A stretch of 64,000 bases of DNA, taken from Podarcis erhardii (taxonomy: Eukaryota). A program made the position numbers and the translations under genes. This document shows, piece after piece, positions 11,101 through 24,895 of this stretch (position 1 is its first letter; every line of letters starts with the position of its first letter). The stretch is from the NCBI GenBank assembly GCA_964252035.1, contig OZ176203.1; one strand, 5' to 3'. The notes under the pieces were generated by a model. It worked only from the letters and a program-made list of their open reading frames with translations, had not been told where the DNA came from and searched no databases.

Positions 11101-13416
11101 GGTGAAATAACACAGACCCCCAGAAAGAAAGGTGCGGAAACAAACAGACTCAGAGAGAGGATTAATCCTGGTGGAGGGCAGGAGAAGTAATCACAGTTCA
11201 CCAGAGAGGAGAAGGTAACGGAAAAGCACAGACTCCCAGAGAAACAGATGCTTACCATGAGCCACTTGGGGCACAATTCACTGTGGTAGAGTGACGTATA
11301 AATAATCCAAGGTGACTAGTGGGCCAAAGCCACTCCCAAATCTGTGATGTCGGGAGAAGGAAGTCTTACTTTCTTAATACAAACGTCTTTTTAAAAACAG
11401 CTGTAGCTCTACCATGAGTTTCACAAGACCTCTGTTGCCTGTAGCAGAGGTGGGTTGGTCTGAGTTTGGAGACACCCCTCCACCAATAATCACATAGTTC
11501 AGAGGAAAGGAGACTCTGCCTATAACCAAGAGTTACATAACTATTCCAAAGAGCAGATATATAGCCACCATTAATTGTAAAGAGTATTGTTGATGTACCA
11601 AAAGTTTACTTTGAACAGTGTTTTTTGAGCTGTGTTAGCTAGCGTTACTCATGTTCTAAATCTATTTGCTGTATGAAGTTCAGAGAAAACAGGTGACTCT
11701 TAAATTCCACACAAGTCACCTGAAGGCTGCTCATTCATTATCTTAAGAAGCCCACTCTCTACACGGTTTACTCCTGCTACAGTTCTTTTATCAAAGCCTA
11801 ATGGTCAAATAATCAAAGTAGAGTTTATATCACTGTCCTCAGGTGTAACTATTTTGTTTCCAGGAGAGCATTATACCACATACCGATGTCACAAGCAATA
11901 AATCAAATGATTTCCCCCTCCCCCTCAGCCTTAGCCAATCTTGTTCATATTTCTAGAACCGCAGCATTTGTGGCTTTTGGGAGGGGGGTGGAGAATGTGC
12001 ACAGAAAACATTGTACATGAAACAACACTTCCATGCACCCCTTTTAAACGCCAACAAATAAACCAAATTTATGTGTGCATTGCCCTGAATAAACTGTTTG
12101 TGCTGCTGTCTGAGAGGAAGCCATTCATTTTTTAAAAAATCAATGCACTGTTGTTGTTGTTTTGCACCAAATCTCAAGCCTTTCTTTTCATGGAGCAGCT
12201 TTTTTGGGGGGATCCATATTCACTCCAAAAATACAGTTTTAAATCAACCTTCTAAACAAGCCTGAAGGTTTTAGGCAACATTATGCCCCAGGTTATGTTT
12301 TGGATGACTTCAAATCATTGGAGCCGCCAGAATGAAAAAGCCAAGATGGAAATCCAGCCTTGCGCCATATTTTCTACTAAACTTGTACATTCTACTTACA
12401 CAACATGGTTCTCAGCAGTGTTGCACCCTATTATGTTGGTCATTTTGGATTGGCATGGGAATGACTCTGAAGCTATTATTCCCTTCACCAAAGGAGACCT
12501 GGAATGTCACGTAGGAAATGCCTGCTATGTACAAAGTACACTGGGAAATGAAACTCGTCTGACTATCAATCATGTCTCATTTTCAGTTAATGGAATGACA
12601 CAGATATCAGCAGTAGGAGATTTTTGTCAGTCCTATTAAGCACAGGGTGAGAGTTGCCTATATTACAGCTTAAGGGGGTAACAGGGGAATAAATGACACA
12701 CAGGACAAAAGGCTTTCTTTACTGCAGCGACTGAACTAATATAAGTGTTAAGTACAATCACCATCAATACCCTGTGGCAAACAGTCAATACTCACCTTGA
12801 CACGTTTTCCTTGTTCAAACCAAAGGCCTAGTTTTATGGATCCCTACTGACATCGGATGCAAATATAATACTACATATGCAAGTTTCAAACAGTACCATC
12901 CCATGAAAAACAGCTGGTACAACAAAGATTTCCATTTTTATTCATTTACCTTGTAGAGTTTGAAATGCAATATAAATTATGACTGAAGCAAGAAGCCAGC
13001 CACACTGTATTCCTTTGCACAATGATCCATCTGCTCCTTAAAAACCCAAACTTGGTGATTCATCCAAGTCTGACAGGGTTTATCTCAAGAAGGCAGGGTC
13101 TATTCTACCAGCATGCACTACCAGACAAAGCAGAGCAGATAAAGTTGTGAAATTAAATATGGCTTGTAAATTTGCCATAAAGATGATTATGTCTTATTGA
13201 ACTTCCTCCTACAGATTTAATGCTCTATAAACCTGAGGTAAAAACAGAAAAAGCAAGAAAAGTATCTTTTCAGGGGAGACAAATGCAAAAGGTTTCCTGT
13301 AAGAAACTTTCCCTAGTATTTAATGGGTGGCATTGAAGTCTAAAACATTGGGTTGTTTTTTTAAAAAATGTACAAATATCAAGTGTGCAGTTCAAATAAC
13401 TCCAGCGGCTGTAGAC

Positions 13417-13671
13417 CAGGGGTCAGCAAACTTTTTCAGCAGGGGGACGGTCCACTGTCCCTCAGACCTTGGGGGGGGGCAGACTATATATATTTATATT
13501 GGGGGGAATGAACGAATTCCTATGCTGCACAAATAACCCAGAGATGCATTTTAAATAAAAGGACACATTCTACTCATGTGAAAACACGGTGATTCCTGGA
13601 CTGTCTGCTGGCCGAATTTAGAAGGCGATTGGGCTGGATCCGGCCCCCAGGCCTTAGTTTGCCTACCCATG
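13417..13671 (+). mobile_element. hAT (Charlie-like) MITE
   Basis: TIRs CAGGGGTCAGCAAACT / AGTTTGCCTACCCATG; perfect 8-bp TSD CTGTAGAC at 13409-13416 and 13672-13679; second copy at 28109-28432. Confidence 0.93.
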
Positions 13672-14690
13672 CTGTAGACTATCAAAGCTTTCTGTATCAC
13701 AAAGCTATCCTCAATACAATTTGTAAGTTAAGCTGAATAACTTAGATTGGGTGTTCCCCATGTGCGGCAATGGGCACAAAGGCAGTCCAGAAAGTCTCCC
13801 TGGGTCTCCAAGAAGCCTCTGCATCCTCTTCTCCATTCGCTGGGGGGTTGGGTGGTGTGCAGTCTTCTTTCTGACAGCCGAAGGGAGCCCCACATCTTCG
13901 TCCTACAGAGAGATAGCTAGCACTGGTGGTTTTTGTCATTGGCAATCGCTAGTGGTAAGCTCCAAAATGGGGTGGAGTCAGGGTGCCAGAGACTGCAGAT
14001 TCCCTGAGTGGTCCAGTGCTCAGCCCCCTCAGCTGAGCAGTAACTCGCCCTCCAGGAAAAATATTCCCCCTTCCACCAGGCTGGCATGAGTGCAACACAG
14101 TGCTCTGTCCTGCTGTTCCTCGGCTGCTTTTAGGATTGCGTTATAATACTCAAAATAATCCACTTTGTATGGTTTCCCAAATCTTTTTCTGCCATGTGTT
14201 AAACCTTAGCTCTTTGCATGGGGCTTCATTTAAAGATGAAAAAAAGAATAATGAGGAAGAGCCACCTTAAGCTGACTCTTGGACATATACAGCACAATCC
14301 TCTGCATGTTTATCCAGAAGCAAATCGTACTGCGTCCGGTAGGATTTTTTCACTAGTAAATGTGCTTAGCGTTGCAGCCTAAAATAAAAGTGTGAATCCA
14401 GCCAATGTGAAACGTTAGATTCAAGTAGTAATAGTGAACATTTACAATAAACATTAAATTATTATTTAGAATCCATTGTGTATTCTTATTCCAACATGAG
14501 GATCAATATTTTAATTCAGAAAAGAGGACTGTAAATTGACATGTTATTCTCTATTCATAGTAATTCTGATTTTGGAAGTTGCAGTGTAACTGAACTTCAG
14601 CGTCAGAACAAAGTAACTCAAGCTGTAGGTATGTATACCTGCCAACCAAGAATAACAGCCCACATATCTGATCAAGTGGATTCTAGTTGT

Positions 14691-14716
14691 CAACAACAAC
14701 AACAACAACAACAACA
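14691..14716 (+). repeat. (CAA)n microsatellite
   Basis: Directly visible; source of the poly-Q/poly-L ORFs. Confidence 0.95.
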
Positions 14717-16950
14717 TTTTCTTAGAGCAAAATAATGGCCATTTACATACATTTCCCCAACTGTCCACTACATTTTCTCTTTCTTTCAGTATAGTCCCAA
14801 TTTTCTCCATGGATACCATAGTTAGTTGTTACTTGGTTGTTGAAGAATCAATTTCATACTCACTTCTTGAAAGCTATAAGTGTTTTATCTGGGATTGTCA
14901 AAGCTATGTAGGTGTGGCCCTGATGACTCCCTGACAGGGAGGGTCCTGGAAGCTTACGTAAGTTATTCCAGGCTTTGCAAAGGAAAAGCAGGATGCAAAT
15001 GAGCCCTGCTCAAGCTTGTTGGCTACCAGCTCTGTAGGTTAGCCATCTTGGGCCTATTATTCCCTGAGAACAGCATAGTGCTGGATTTAATTGCGAAGCC
15101 TCAGGCAGTGGACAGAGTGTATGTTCATTTTCTTAGCTCCTTTGGTTTTACATGTTCAGATGTTTGAGCTGTCTCTGCCAGCTGTCATTCCACAAGCTGC
15201 TGGTTCCTTTTCCACAGACCAGCTGCTTCCCAGTGGTAGGAAAAGGAAGAAGCTACCCCCTCAACATCTTGCCATTATATAATGCACCACACAGACCACA
15301 TCAGGTGTATGCTTTTAATTGAAGATACACTGGGGTGTACAGTCAAGAAACAGAAAATGGATAACAAGAACAATTAAAATACTGTTCTAATGATACTTAT
15401 AACTCAGGTGGGGAGCAGAAAATGAGGCAGTTGTGAAGTAGTGAAGGTGCATAGAGCAGTGTTCCACATGGCTTGTTTTTGCTGTGAAGACAACAGTTGT
15501 GTTAGAAGACCCAGACCAAAATTACTGTATTAGATTTTTGTTTTTTGGAATGCTCAGCATTGTTTTGCATAGAAGAACCTACATGATAATTTACAGTTGG
15601 GCCAAATCTTTATTGGAACCAGCGAAAACGTCACAGAATTGTGGCAAGTTTCACATTCTCCAGAATTCTTGCTTGGGAGAGATGCTATGCAAAGCACAGG
15701 ATAAGAATAATGAGCTCGTCAAAGGAGCTGTGGACTCAGAGAGGTTGAAAACCTCTGACCTATGGAAAGGAGTTCCAAGAACTGAGGAAGAGTGACTGTG
15801 ATTTAATATTTCATAATCTCAAGGACATGGGATGAGACAGCCTCCAAATAATTTGGTTATACCAGTCGAAGTGTAGCCACCTTGAACCATCTCAGATATT
15901 ACATGGCAGCAAACCCAGATTTGTCACCACCTGCTCAGTTAATAGAGATAAGTAGCTGATCTCTCTGACAATAAACTTGTAGGATGTACATGGGCTTACT
16001 TCGGTTTGTTACATGTCGTCTTTAATATCTTGTATCCAGAATCTATCAGGTTGGTAATGGGAATTCTGTAAACTGCATGAATTCCTTACTTATTAGTGGC
16101 CTGTGCATAACATTCATTGGGGCAAAAAGCAGGATTTCCTGTTTCCTCTCCAGGAATGGCTCACCAGATTTCTTTCTTTTTTGTTAGGTAGAAATAATTT
16201 TATGAATGTTAATAGCAAGATTGTTGTAAAATTTTACATTTCTTATAGACTATTAGCTATTTCTTCAATACTAAAAACTTTTAAAAGGAAGAACTGTTTT
16301 TTATTCACCTCTAAAATGTGGTGTCTAAAAGTGACAGGTTAATTTCAGATTCAGATTTGATTGAGCATATGCCTTTTTCATGCTTAAGAGAACGAAAATA
16401 GAGCTGTCTTTAGAAATTGGTATATTAGGAAAATGAATTCTAATCAAGGGGAAAAACCCTTTCCCCATACTTGTGTATTTCTAATCATTGTTAGATTTTT
16501 CTCCACAGAATACGGTACTTTTCTTGACAAATGTTTAGAATTAACAGAATATTTAATTCATACACTTGGTGTGAAATATGCTGTAATATATTTTACAAAA
16601 AATAAATTCTAATAGACATGTTAGTTGTACTGTATAGCATATCTTTAAAATAACAATTCTAAGTATGAGTGTACTGCTAATGAAAGAATCCAATAATAGT
16701 AATAGTAAACAATTACTTTGGCCTACATACTAAAGTAATGTGAATTAAAAATGTGCAGGATAATCATTGTTACTGGGTCACTGTAAAAATGCACCTCATT
16801 TATTCTTGGATATCTCTGAAATAGTACAATAAATTCCACTTACATGTGAAACATTATTATTAGATGTTTAAGTGTGTGTGGGGGGGGGGGGAGAGGGAAC
16901 TGTGGTTAATTTGCTACATCTCCATGATATTCTGATGGTTAAGGTTACTG

Positions 16951-17073
16951 AAAGGTAAAGGGACCCCTGACCATTAGGTCCAGTCGTGGCTGACTCTGGG
17001 GTTGCGGCGCTCATCTCGCTTTATTGGCCGAAGGAGCCGGTGTACAGCTTCCGGGTCATGTGGTCAGCATGAC
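16951..17073 (-). mobile_element. Sauria SINE, 5'-truncated (3' ~120 bp only)
   Basis: AAAGGTAAAGGGACCCCTGACCATTAGGTCCAGTCG...GTCAGCATGAC matches the tail end of the copies at 2279 and 53365. Confidence 0.9.
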
Positions 17074-17737
17074 CACTGTATACGTCACTTAATACGGACA
17101 AATATTAGTTTTCACCTGCGAATCTGTTTGTTAATTACTAGAGCCTGCAAACTGCATTCAAAGCTTGGAAGGTAATTCCCAGCTTTTCATTTAACTACTG
17201 AAAGTGTAAACAAGTGTTGATTTCACATTGTTAGGAGACTTTATCTAATGTTAACTATCACTATTAATGAAGATGGCGCTACTGATGTGGGTATCCTTAC
17301 CTGTCCTTACCTATATGTCTCCTTTGTGGGGAATGCACTTTGTTTAAGCAAGAGCTTTCATGAAACTTGCACTTTATTTATATGTCTTTGATACATGTGT
17401 ACCATGGGTGCTGTTTTCCTGAAAGTTTTGCTTTAGAAGTATATCATATTTAGGCCTTTCCATGGCTAGTAACTGCATTATTTCACACATGGTGCACCTG
17501 TAACTGAGGAGGAGAGCACTGCTAATTTGGTGCATTAAAATAAAGGGGAAAATTATTTTAGACTTGGTGATAACACTGAATAACCACTTTTGGATTTTAT
17601 CCTCAAGCATACATCCTGCAAGAGTGTTTGAAAGCGACAGAACCTGCCTTTGCCACTTGTACAGCCTCACTTTAAGGAATATTTGGACATTAGCATAAAG
17701 GTTGTACATGTTATACAAAGTATAATTAATGAAGCTT

Positions 17738-17877
17738 NNNNNNNNNNNNNNNNNNNNNNNNNNNNNNNNNNNNNNNNNNNNNNNNNNNNNNNNNNNNNNN
17801 NNNNNNNNNNNNNNNNNNNNNNNNNNNNNNNNNNNNNNNNNNNNNNNNNNNNNNNNNNNNNNNNNNNNNNNNNNNNN
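17738..17877. other. Assembly gap (N run)
   Basis: N bases. Confidence 1.
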
Positions 17878-19232
17878 TTTTGTTATTGATTGACACCTAC
17901 AGACCTCCCTCCCCGTGTAGTTTACATTCCTTATGAGTCTTTTCTCAGTCTTCCATTTTCACTTTTAGCTAATTAGTCTTATTTGGCACCCTGGCCTCTC
18001 ACCCTTTCCCTGCAACATTCCCTGTGTTAGATAAAGGGTGAGTAAATTTTTGAAAATGGTCAGTGGGAAGTCTTAGCCTCCTTTGGAATATTTCCTGCAT
18101 TCGAAAATTGTGTCTTGGTCTGTTTATGTGGGTTTATAAGAACATTTACCATAGAGCTATGAACCAACAAGCCAAACTCAAGCCCATAGAAAGCTATAGA
18201 TGCGTAACTCTATATTGGATTGTGGTTCTTACATTGCGTACTGAAATGTCATAGCAGAGAACACATTTTTATGATAGAATGCATGACAGAAGTTCAGATA
18301 ATGCTAAATTCTTGTACAGTCATATAGCTTACAGCTATAGCTCTTTAGTTATATTTTGCATCAAGACAATGAATTTTCCAGACACATTGGGAATACAGTG
18401 TTGTGCAAGCTTCACCTTGCACCTATGCAAAGTTGGCAAGTTTATTTAATATATACATATTATATATATGTATATATACGCATGTATAATATATAAACTG
18501 TATATAATTTTTTTTTTAAGGTTACTCCTAAAGTTTTGTTTCATATCAGTATAGGGAAGACGCTCTGCTAAGATTCGTCTCTGGAGCCATCAAAATGTCC
18601 AGTGAGCTAAATACAGAAGCAGGAGTAGAATACATATTCAAGTCTTATCTGACCTCACACTAATGGAGGATATAAACTGGAGAAATTCTGTAGAAGTCAA
18701 AGACATTGAGGTTTTCCACAGTGTTTGTAATATCTCATTGGTATCTAAGACTTTCTTGCTTATAATAGCAGTCTGAAGTTTAATACCTGAACAGTATTGA
18801 ATAATTGAAATTGATAATTAGAACCCTAAAGTTCAGTATGTACCTTTTTGACAGCAGAGTTGAATATAAGAATGTTGTTTTCATCACTGTACCGAAAGCA
18901 GAACTCAAGCACTTGCAATAATCTGGCTTGTACTGATGAATGAAACCTTGCTGCTTTTCTAGACTTACTTATTAGTAGGAAAAAAATGTTCCTGGATTTA
19001 GGCTAATCTTTAGATCTCTTGATGATGTGGATCATTGTCCTGGCAAATTGTGTAGCTTTAGACCTTTAAGTATCTATTGCCCTGACAAAGGCACATACAA
19101 CTTTTGCATAACATCTGAGATTTCTAGCATTAAGTGATCTTCTCTTTCCTGTAACATTATTTTTTGTACCTTCAAAATGGGTTTATTTGAATGTATATAT
19201 ATATATTATTAAAAGGTAGAATAAATACATTA

Positions 19233-19778
19233 CCGTATGTTATGGCGTACAAGACGACTTTTTATCCCTGGAAAATCACCCCAAAAGTCAGGGGTCGTCT
19301 TATACACTGGGTATACGCGTTGGGAAGGAGGAGAGGGAGCTGGTGAGCAGAGGCGCCCTTTCTGCCGTCGCTCCTCCTCCCTCCCCACAGAAGGGGACAC
19401 AAAAGTCCTTCCGAGCGTGGCGCTCACCCGCCCGCCTGCTGCTGCCGTGGGAGCCGGATTCGGCCTCCGCCGTGGCCACACAGGGCTTCGCTCGGCTTGT
19501 GGGTGCCATGAAGAAGAGCCTGCCACGGCGAGGTGGTGCGCCCCTTTTGCTGTCGCTCCTCCTCCCTCCCCACAGAAGGGGACGTGGAAAGTCCTTCTGA
19601 GTGCGGTGCTCGTCTGCCAAACGCCTTGCCTCTGGCTGCTGCTGCTGCGACGGCAGAGGCAGCGGAGGAGTGCGTGCTCTGCCCCTGGCAGCGCTCAAAC
19701 TCTATAACTCTAAAATTGAACAGCAATAGTTGGGGGTCGTCTTATACACCCAGTCGCCTAATACGCCAGAATCTACGG
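19233..19778. mobile_element. Non-autonomous Tc1/mariner element (Tc2/pogo-like, CCGTA termini), GC-rich interior
   Basis: TIRs CCGTATGTTATGGCGTACAAGACGAC / GTCGCCTAATACGCCAGAATCTACGG; TA at 19231-32 and 19779-80; subterminal GGGGTCGTCTTATACAC at 19291 and 19733. Confidence 0.85.
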
Positions 19779-20683
19779 TAAATCATTTTCAGAGCAATCC
19801 CAACTGTCTTTGTGCTGAGTTGCCCTTCCACTCATTCCTGCGACCCTTCATTGTCTTCCTCCTGATTGCCATAGAGGAGCTCCCTCTTCTACCTGCTGAA
19901 GTTGTGGGGAAGGCGTGGGGCTGAGCTGGCCCAGGATCCGTCGGCTTCCGAGCTGGCCTGCTGCTGTAATGTGAAAGCATCAGGACCAATCTGGGTGTCC
20001 AGTCTGAGCAGCAGTTCTAGGCTGGTGCACCACCTTCTGCCATGGTCCTGCATCTCTGGGAAGCCCCACTAGGCCGGGAGGTGAGTGGGGGAGAGTTAGG
20101 ATTGTTTCTTAAGTTCTCACATGGTTGTTTAGAGCATCATAATGGGGTTCCCACACTTGCCACTGTGAATAGGGCCATGTGAATAACATGATTCTGAAGT
20201 ATGTGCAGACTTGAGAATATCTGATATATACAATCTTGGGGCTTTTGGGGGAGGCTTTTTACATAAGGAATTTTTCATTCCTTGTATCACCTGATGTGGT
20301 AAACGTTGATATGGTCTTATTCTGAGACTCCTATTTCTCTAGATTAACTGGCTCCAATCATAATTATTGACTGTGGCGAACCAAAAGCCTGAAGTAAACT
20401 AAGGCTGCAGTTGTATACACAATTACCTGGTGGATAAGTTACATTGAACCCAATGAGACTTACTTCTGAGTAGGCATATATAGGATTGCACTGTAAGGGA
20501 TCATTTTCTTAAGATCTTCATAACCCTTGATGTAGGAGAGGAATGTCTGGTTTGATGCTGAAGACATTTAAGACAACTAGGTAAATATTTTGGGATTTTA
20601 ATCTTTTGAATCTGGGATGTAGTGGTCATAGTGTAGTTGAACACGGTGTTCTTAAATAAACGAACTTATTTAAAGTTGCAATA

Positions 20684-20924
20684 CAGTGGTGTCTCGGGTT
20701 ACATATGCTTCAGGTTACATACGCTTCAGGTTACAGACCCGCTAACCCAGAAATAGTACCTCAGGTTAAGAACTTTGCTTCAGGATGGGAACAGAAATCG
20801 TGCTCCGGCGGCGCAGCTGCAGTGGGAGGCCCCATTAGCTAAAGTGGTGCTTCAGGTTAAGAACAGTTTCAGGTTAAGTACGGACCTCCGGAACGAATTA
20901 AGTACTTAACCCGAGGTACCACTG
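20684..20924 (+). mobile_element. Tc1/mariner (Tigger/pogo-like) MITE
   Basis: TIRs CAGTGGTGTCTCGGGTTA / TAACCCGAGGTACCACTG flanked by TA; inverted copy at 41073-41303. Confidence 0.92.
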
Positions 20925-22671
20925 TATGCCTTTAGAATGAAAATGAACTATTATACAGGATGACAATTCGCTAATAAACTAAAGCAAAAGACTGAGGCAA
21001 AGTAAGAGGTAGAAATACTGGTAAGATTCTGTTTTGGTTACTTCTCAGAATTCAGTTTATAGCAGCAAGAGGACAACAGGAAATTCGGTGCGAATAACTG
21101 CCAGCTACTTAGTGCCCATTGTGTGGTCCTGGTTGTCACCATTGTCGTCATCGTTTCTAGAACCTTGTGAGGGGAAAATATATTTCCCAGTGCATAAAGA
21201 CTGGATAGCTAGCAAAATATACACTTACAACATTTATAAGTAAAAACCAGCACATTGCTGCAAACTTTTGGCAACAATGTTTTCGCATTAATCCTCACAT
21301 TCCTTAGGCCAGTCATGGTTAGTTTCAAAAAGTGGAAAGAGGGAAATTTGCATAGAGGAAGAGTAGAGTCAGGAGAGAGAGTGTCAGTCTGTGACGTGGT
21401 TGCAGTTGCCTATCAAGAATATTATGTCTGCATAATAACACAATCCTAAGTATGCAGCTTCACTTTGCATTCTTTGCCTTGCCTCTATTTAATGTTTTCC
21501 TGGTTACTTTAAATAAGGATGCTTGTCTCCACAATTTTTTTTCATAGACAAATGGAAATAATCCTTTCTCCAACACAAATTAAAATATCTAGAATTCATT
21601 TCTAATCCCACCATTTTATTATCTTGCTTGCTTTTGTAAAAAAATAAATAAATCATAGTAGCCTTACATTTTAATCAAATGTGGATTATCACAAAGTCAT
21701 TTACAGATCACTGTGAGACAGAAGGCATTAATATATTGCAGAACTGTTGGTTAGTATTCCATATCTTTCCCCACTAAATAACTTTGTAAGGGGCAATTTT
21801 GTATTCCTTATTGTTAGCTACAAGCCATTTTGGATCCTTACTTTTATGTTTGCATTAGTCTCTAGTTCTTATACAGCTTTTAATTGTTAGATGTTAAGTT
21901 CTGCAATTGAAATTTACCCTTTCCGCTGGGAGGATTGAAATTTATTATCCAAAGAGCACAAAAATTTAAGATTCAATTCCCAAAGCTGAGAAGGTCATGA
22001 TACTTTAGCCACAATTAATGAAACTTTTACTTTGAATAATGAAGGATGATTTCTACTCCATTAAAGTGGACACACTAGGAAGTTCCAAATGGCATTTAAC
22101 CTATCAGCCTTTTTCTGTGCAAACAAGTGTAAGGAATTATAAACTGTTATAAGTCACACTGGAATTAATAGGATTTATTTCTAAGATAATGAGCATAGGA
22201 TTGGAATCTTAAAAAAAGCTGTTGTGCTTAGACGTACAGTCAATACTTCACTGATCAGATTATTCTGCGATCTATCACAATTGCTCCGTTTGGTAATTTT
22301 TTATATATACCAGAAGCATGCAGTGAAGGAATGCACTTAGTTCATATCTGCATGTGAAGTACATTTCCTCTTCCCTCGCCCTAGTTACAATGCTGCAGTG
22401 CTGTCTACTACTAGAATAACCCTTCTGGGTGTAAATGTTATAAGTGTAACATCTAGTGCAGCAGCCCCAAGATTCAGCTTGGACCTTTATTTGGACCTTT
22501 GGGAAACAGCCTGCCTCAGTTTGAGGTGCTTTGTAGGCTACCTGATTTGGCACTGGGTTCACCTGAGTTTCCTTCGTTTTCATTCTCCAGTCTACTACTG
22601 GTAAATAAAAAAATGGCTGTAACTTTCCCCTCATTTAACAGAAATGGGTGAAATTTGCTGGTATACTAACT

Positions 22672-22805
22672 AGCGTAGCCATATTTTGAAGAGGGGAAAA
22701 GAGGACACATTTGCTGACTTCAACTTTTAACTATCGATCACTATGACAACTCTACCCATGAAAAAGAGGATATGTCCTGGAAAAAGAGGACATATGGCAA
22801 CCCTG
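22672..22805. mobile_element. Degenerate MITE with AGGGTTGCCATA-type termini
   Basis: AGCGTAGCCATAT ... GAGGACATATGGCAACCCT imperfect TIRs; internal AAAAGAGGA repeats. Confidence 0.5.
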
Positions 22806-23611
22806 AAATTCCTGAGTAGATAAAGCACACCAGATTACATACCAATAGGCCCAGGGGCTTTTGTGCTGAACACCTTTAAGGCTTTTTTCTTTTTTGAAAA
22901 AGTAAATGGCTCGAACCTTTTAAAGGTTTGGGAGAAATTGGATGAAATTTGAAGGCACAGTATCCCTTGTGAAGTAATGAATCATGCAAGGTCTCAGAAG
23001 GATTTCTGTAGTGGGTTTCTGGCAGGGTGGACTAGGAATCACTTAATTCTCCATGCTTTTTGTGAGCAGTTGATCTGAACTGCAGACCTCAGGGAGGTGT
23101 TCTTGGGAAAGTAACGTGCAGAATATTCAGATAGGTCCAGGGGCTCTTGTGCTAGATACTTTGGGGTTGGGGTGGGAAGAAGTAAAAGGGATTTGCTTTT
23201 CAAATAAATTTCTCTCTGATTACAAGCTAGACTTTTCAGGAGGTGTAGCATGTCACGGGGGCAAAATAGTTTGCACTGTGGCAATGGTGAATTCTGGTGA
23301 GATCTAATGCACTCTACAGGTTCTGGCGGTGGGGTGAGTGGGGTGCCGGCAGGGGCGCTGCTTTCGGCCTGCACCTTTCAATGTGGCTGCTTCACCTTGC
23401 CTCATGGGCAGGGCAGCCCTGCCTACCAGTTACAGCGGAGCTCTCCCTTCTCTTACTCCTCTCCCCATCCTGGCTTCTTCCTTAAACTTAGGGACATATA
23501 TTTTGTTGCTGCAAAGTGGCTAATTCCCCCAAAAGCACTGGAATTAGAGAATGTTGATAAAATTGTTGCCTCCTTCCCTCTCCTCTTCTGATCCTGGTAC
23601 ATAGTTCTAAG

Positions 23612-23727
23612 CAGTGCTTTCCCCCCTAAAATAATGTTTAGGGGTACTTCCATTTTCCTACTCATATTGAAATACTGCCCCTCAATCAAAATGTTTAGAG
23701 GTATGCGTCCTCCCAGAAAAAGCACTG
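23612..23727. mobile_element. Short hAT-like MITE
   Basis: TIRs CAGTGCTTT / AAAGCACTG; imperfect 8-bp TSD GTTCTAAG (23604-11) / GTTGTAAT (23728-35); internal AATGTTTAG(G/A)GGTA repeat. Confidence 0.7.
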
Positions 23728-24284
23728 GTTGTAATCCAATGTAGTAGTTTTGTTCTACTCTGTCCCATTCCCCCCGCACATGACATCTTGGATCAATTCT
23801 CATATGAAATTATAATAAAGAAATTACAAGAGTCTTCAGACTGTAAGATTATATTCATTTCTATTTATAATGCTTTACAACTCTATAAAATACCCCCCCC
23901 CCTTACAGCGGCAGGTTGATTTCTGTTGAGTTCTAGATTCCTTGCTAAGATAATATTAAAACCAGGGTCACATGTACGCTGTTAGCTCCTACACTATACC
24001 TACTCATATAATTTATTTCTGTCTTTTGTAACGTTTGGATATTTTCACATGCCAGGCTTAAATAAACTGATGCTTGACTCTGGGCGTATTGTAGACATTG
24101 CAATTAAACTGCTGAGAATGTGCAACTGATTTCTCTTCCGAAGTCTGTTTTGCATTAACAGAATTCACACATGGGAGAAAAAGCATAAGACAGGCTCTTT
24201 AGTGCTCCTTTTGAAAATAATATTTGATTTTGAAGTTTATGTACAACAACGAAACTAACTTGAATAAGAGGATTTCCGCAACTA

Positions 24285-24625
24285 TTTATTTAGATAATTT
24301 TGTATCCTGCCTTTCCAAAAAGTTCAAGCAGCTAACAAAAAAAAAATGGAAAACAATACGGATAGGGATGAAAATTGCAATAAAATTCAATTGAGTACAA
24401 TGGAATACAATTACTTAAAAGAGAGAGAGAGGCCAAAAAACCCCAGAAGCTATAAAAACAACAGCAAGAAAACCCCTGTCTGTTAAAGTTCACTAAAATC
24501 ACTAACAGCTGAAAGCCTTCATAAAAAAGATCTTCACAGTGCAGTGGAAAATCATGAATGAAGGGGAAGGTGGATAAGAGAATTCCAAGACCAAGGCTTG
24601 GCTACTGAAAAGGCCTTTCTCAGGT
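24285..24625 (-). mobile_element. Old L2 LINE 3' fragment
   Basis: TATTTATTTAG...TATCCTGCCTTTCC tail and GAATTCCAAGACCAAGGCTTGGCTACTGAAAAGGCC resemble the reverse complement of the L2 ORF2 end (AFSV...LWN); highly diverged. Confidence 0.45.
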
Positions 24626-24804
24626 CATAGTTGTTTTGGAGCACACATCAAAATGTTCCTATTTTCCATCACTATGGGCAGAATCCAACCAGACCTAAGC
24701 AACTTTAAGGATATGGCCCTCTGCACAGTTTAAGTGTGACTTACATCTGAGTTTTTGTTGTAGGCCCTATTGATTTCAATGGAAAACAACAGGAATAGTA
24801 TTCA

Positions 24805-24895
24805 ACTGTGTTTTACTCAGAGTAGACTAATTGAAATCAATGGACTTAACTTAGTCACGTTCATCAATTTCATGGGTTCTACTCTGAGCAAGATG
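24805..24895. repeat. Short palindromic MITE-like repeat
   Basis: TACTCAGAGTAGACTAATTGAAAT ... ATTTCATGGGTTCTACTCTGAGCA inverted arms; related fragment near 39775. Confidence 0.5.

Noticed and set aside
113-12843. Possible minus-strand multi-exon gene from AG/GT-bounded open segments (113-186 EVKATTFHGIVITQLSTSCNALDW; 3803-3888; 9592-9641; 12796-12843 GSIKLGLWFEQGKRVK)
   Set aside because: Phases do not chain (three are phase 1 to 0), no peptide is recognisable, and GTAAGT-type donors occur at about chance frequency in 64 kb
16510-16615. Plus-strand exon-like EYGTFLDKCLELTEYLIHTL, also 34326-34413 GLCLLNCKVGLHYLHPPDG
   Set aside because: Plausible acceptors but unrecognised peptides, weak or ambiguous donors and no chain of compatible exons
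19230-19989. Cluster of long overlapping ORFs (up to 156 aa)
   Set aside because: Caused by stop-poor GC-rich MITE interior; no transposase motifs
22275-22634. 119-aa minus ORF and overlapping plus ORF
   Set aside because: No recognisable domain or supporting exons; compatible with chance
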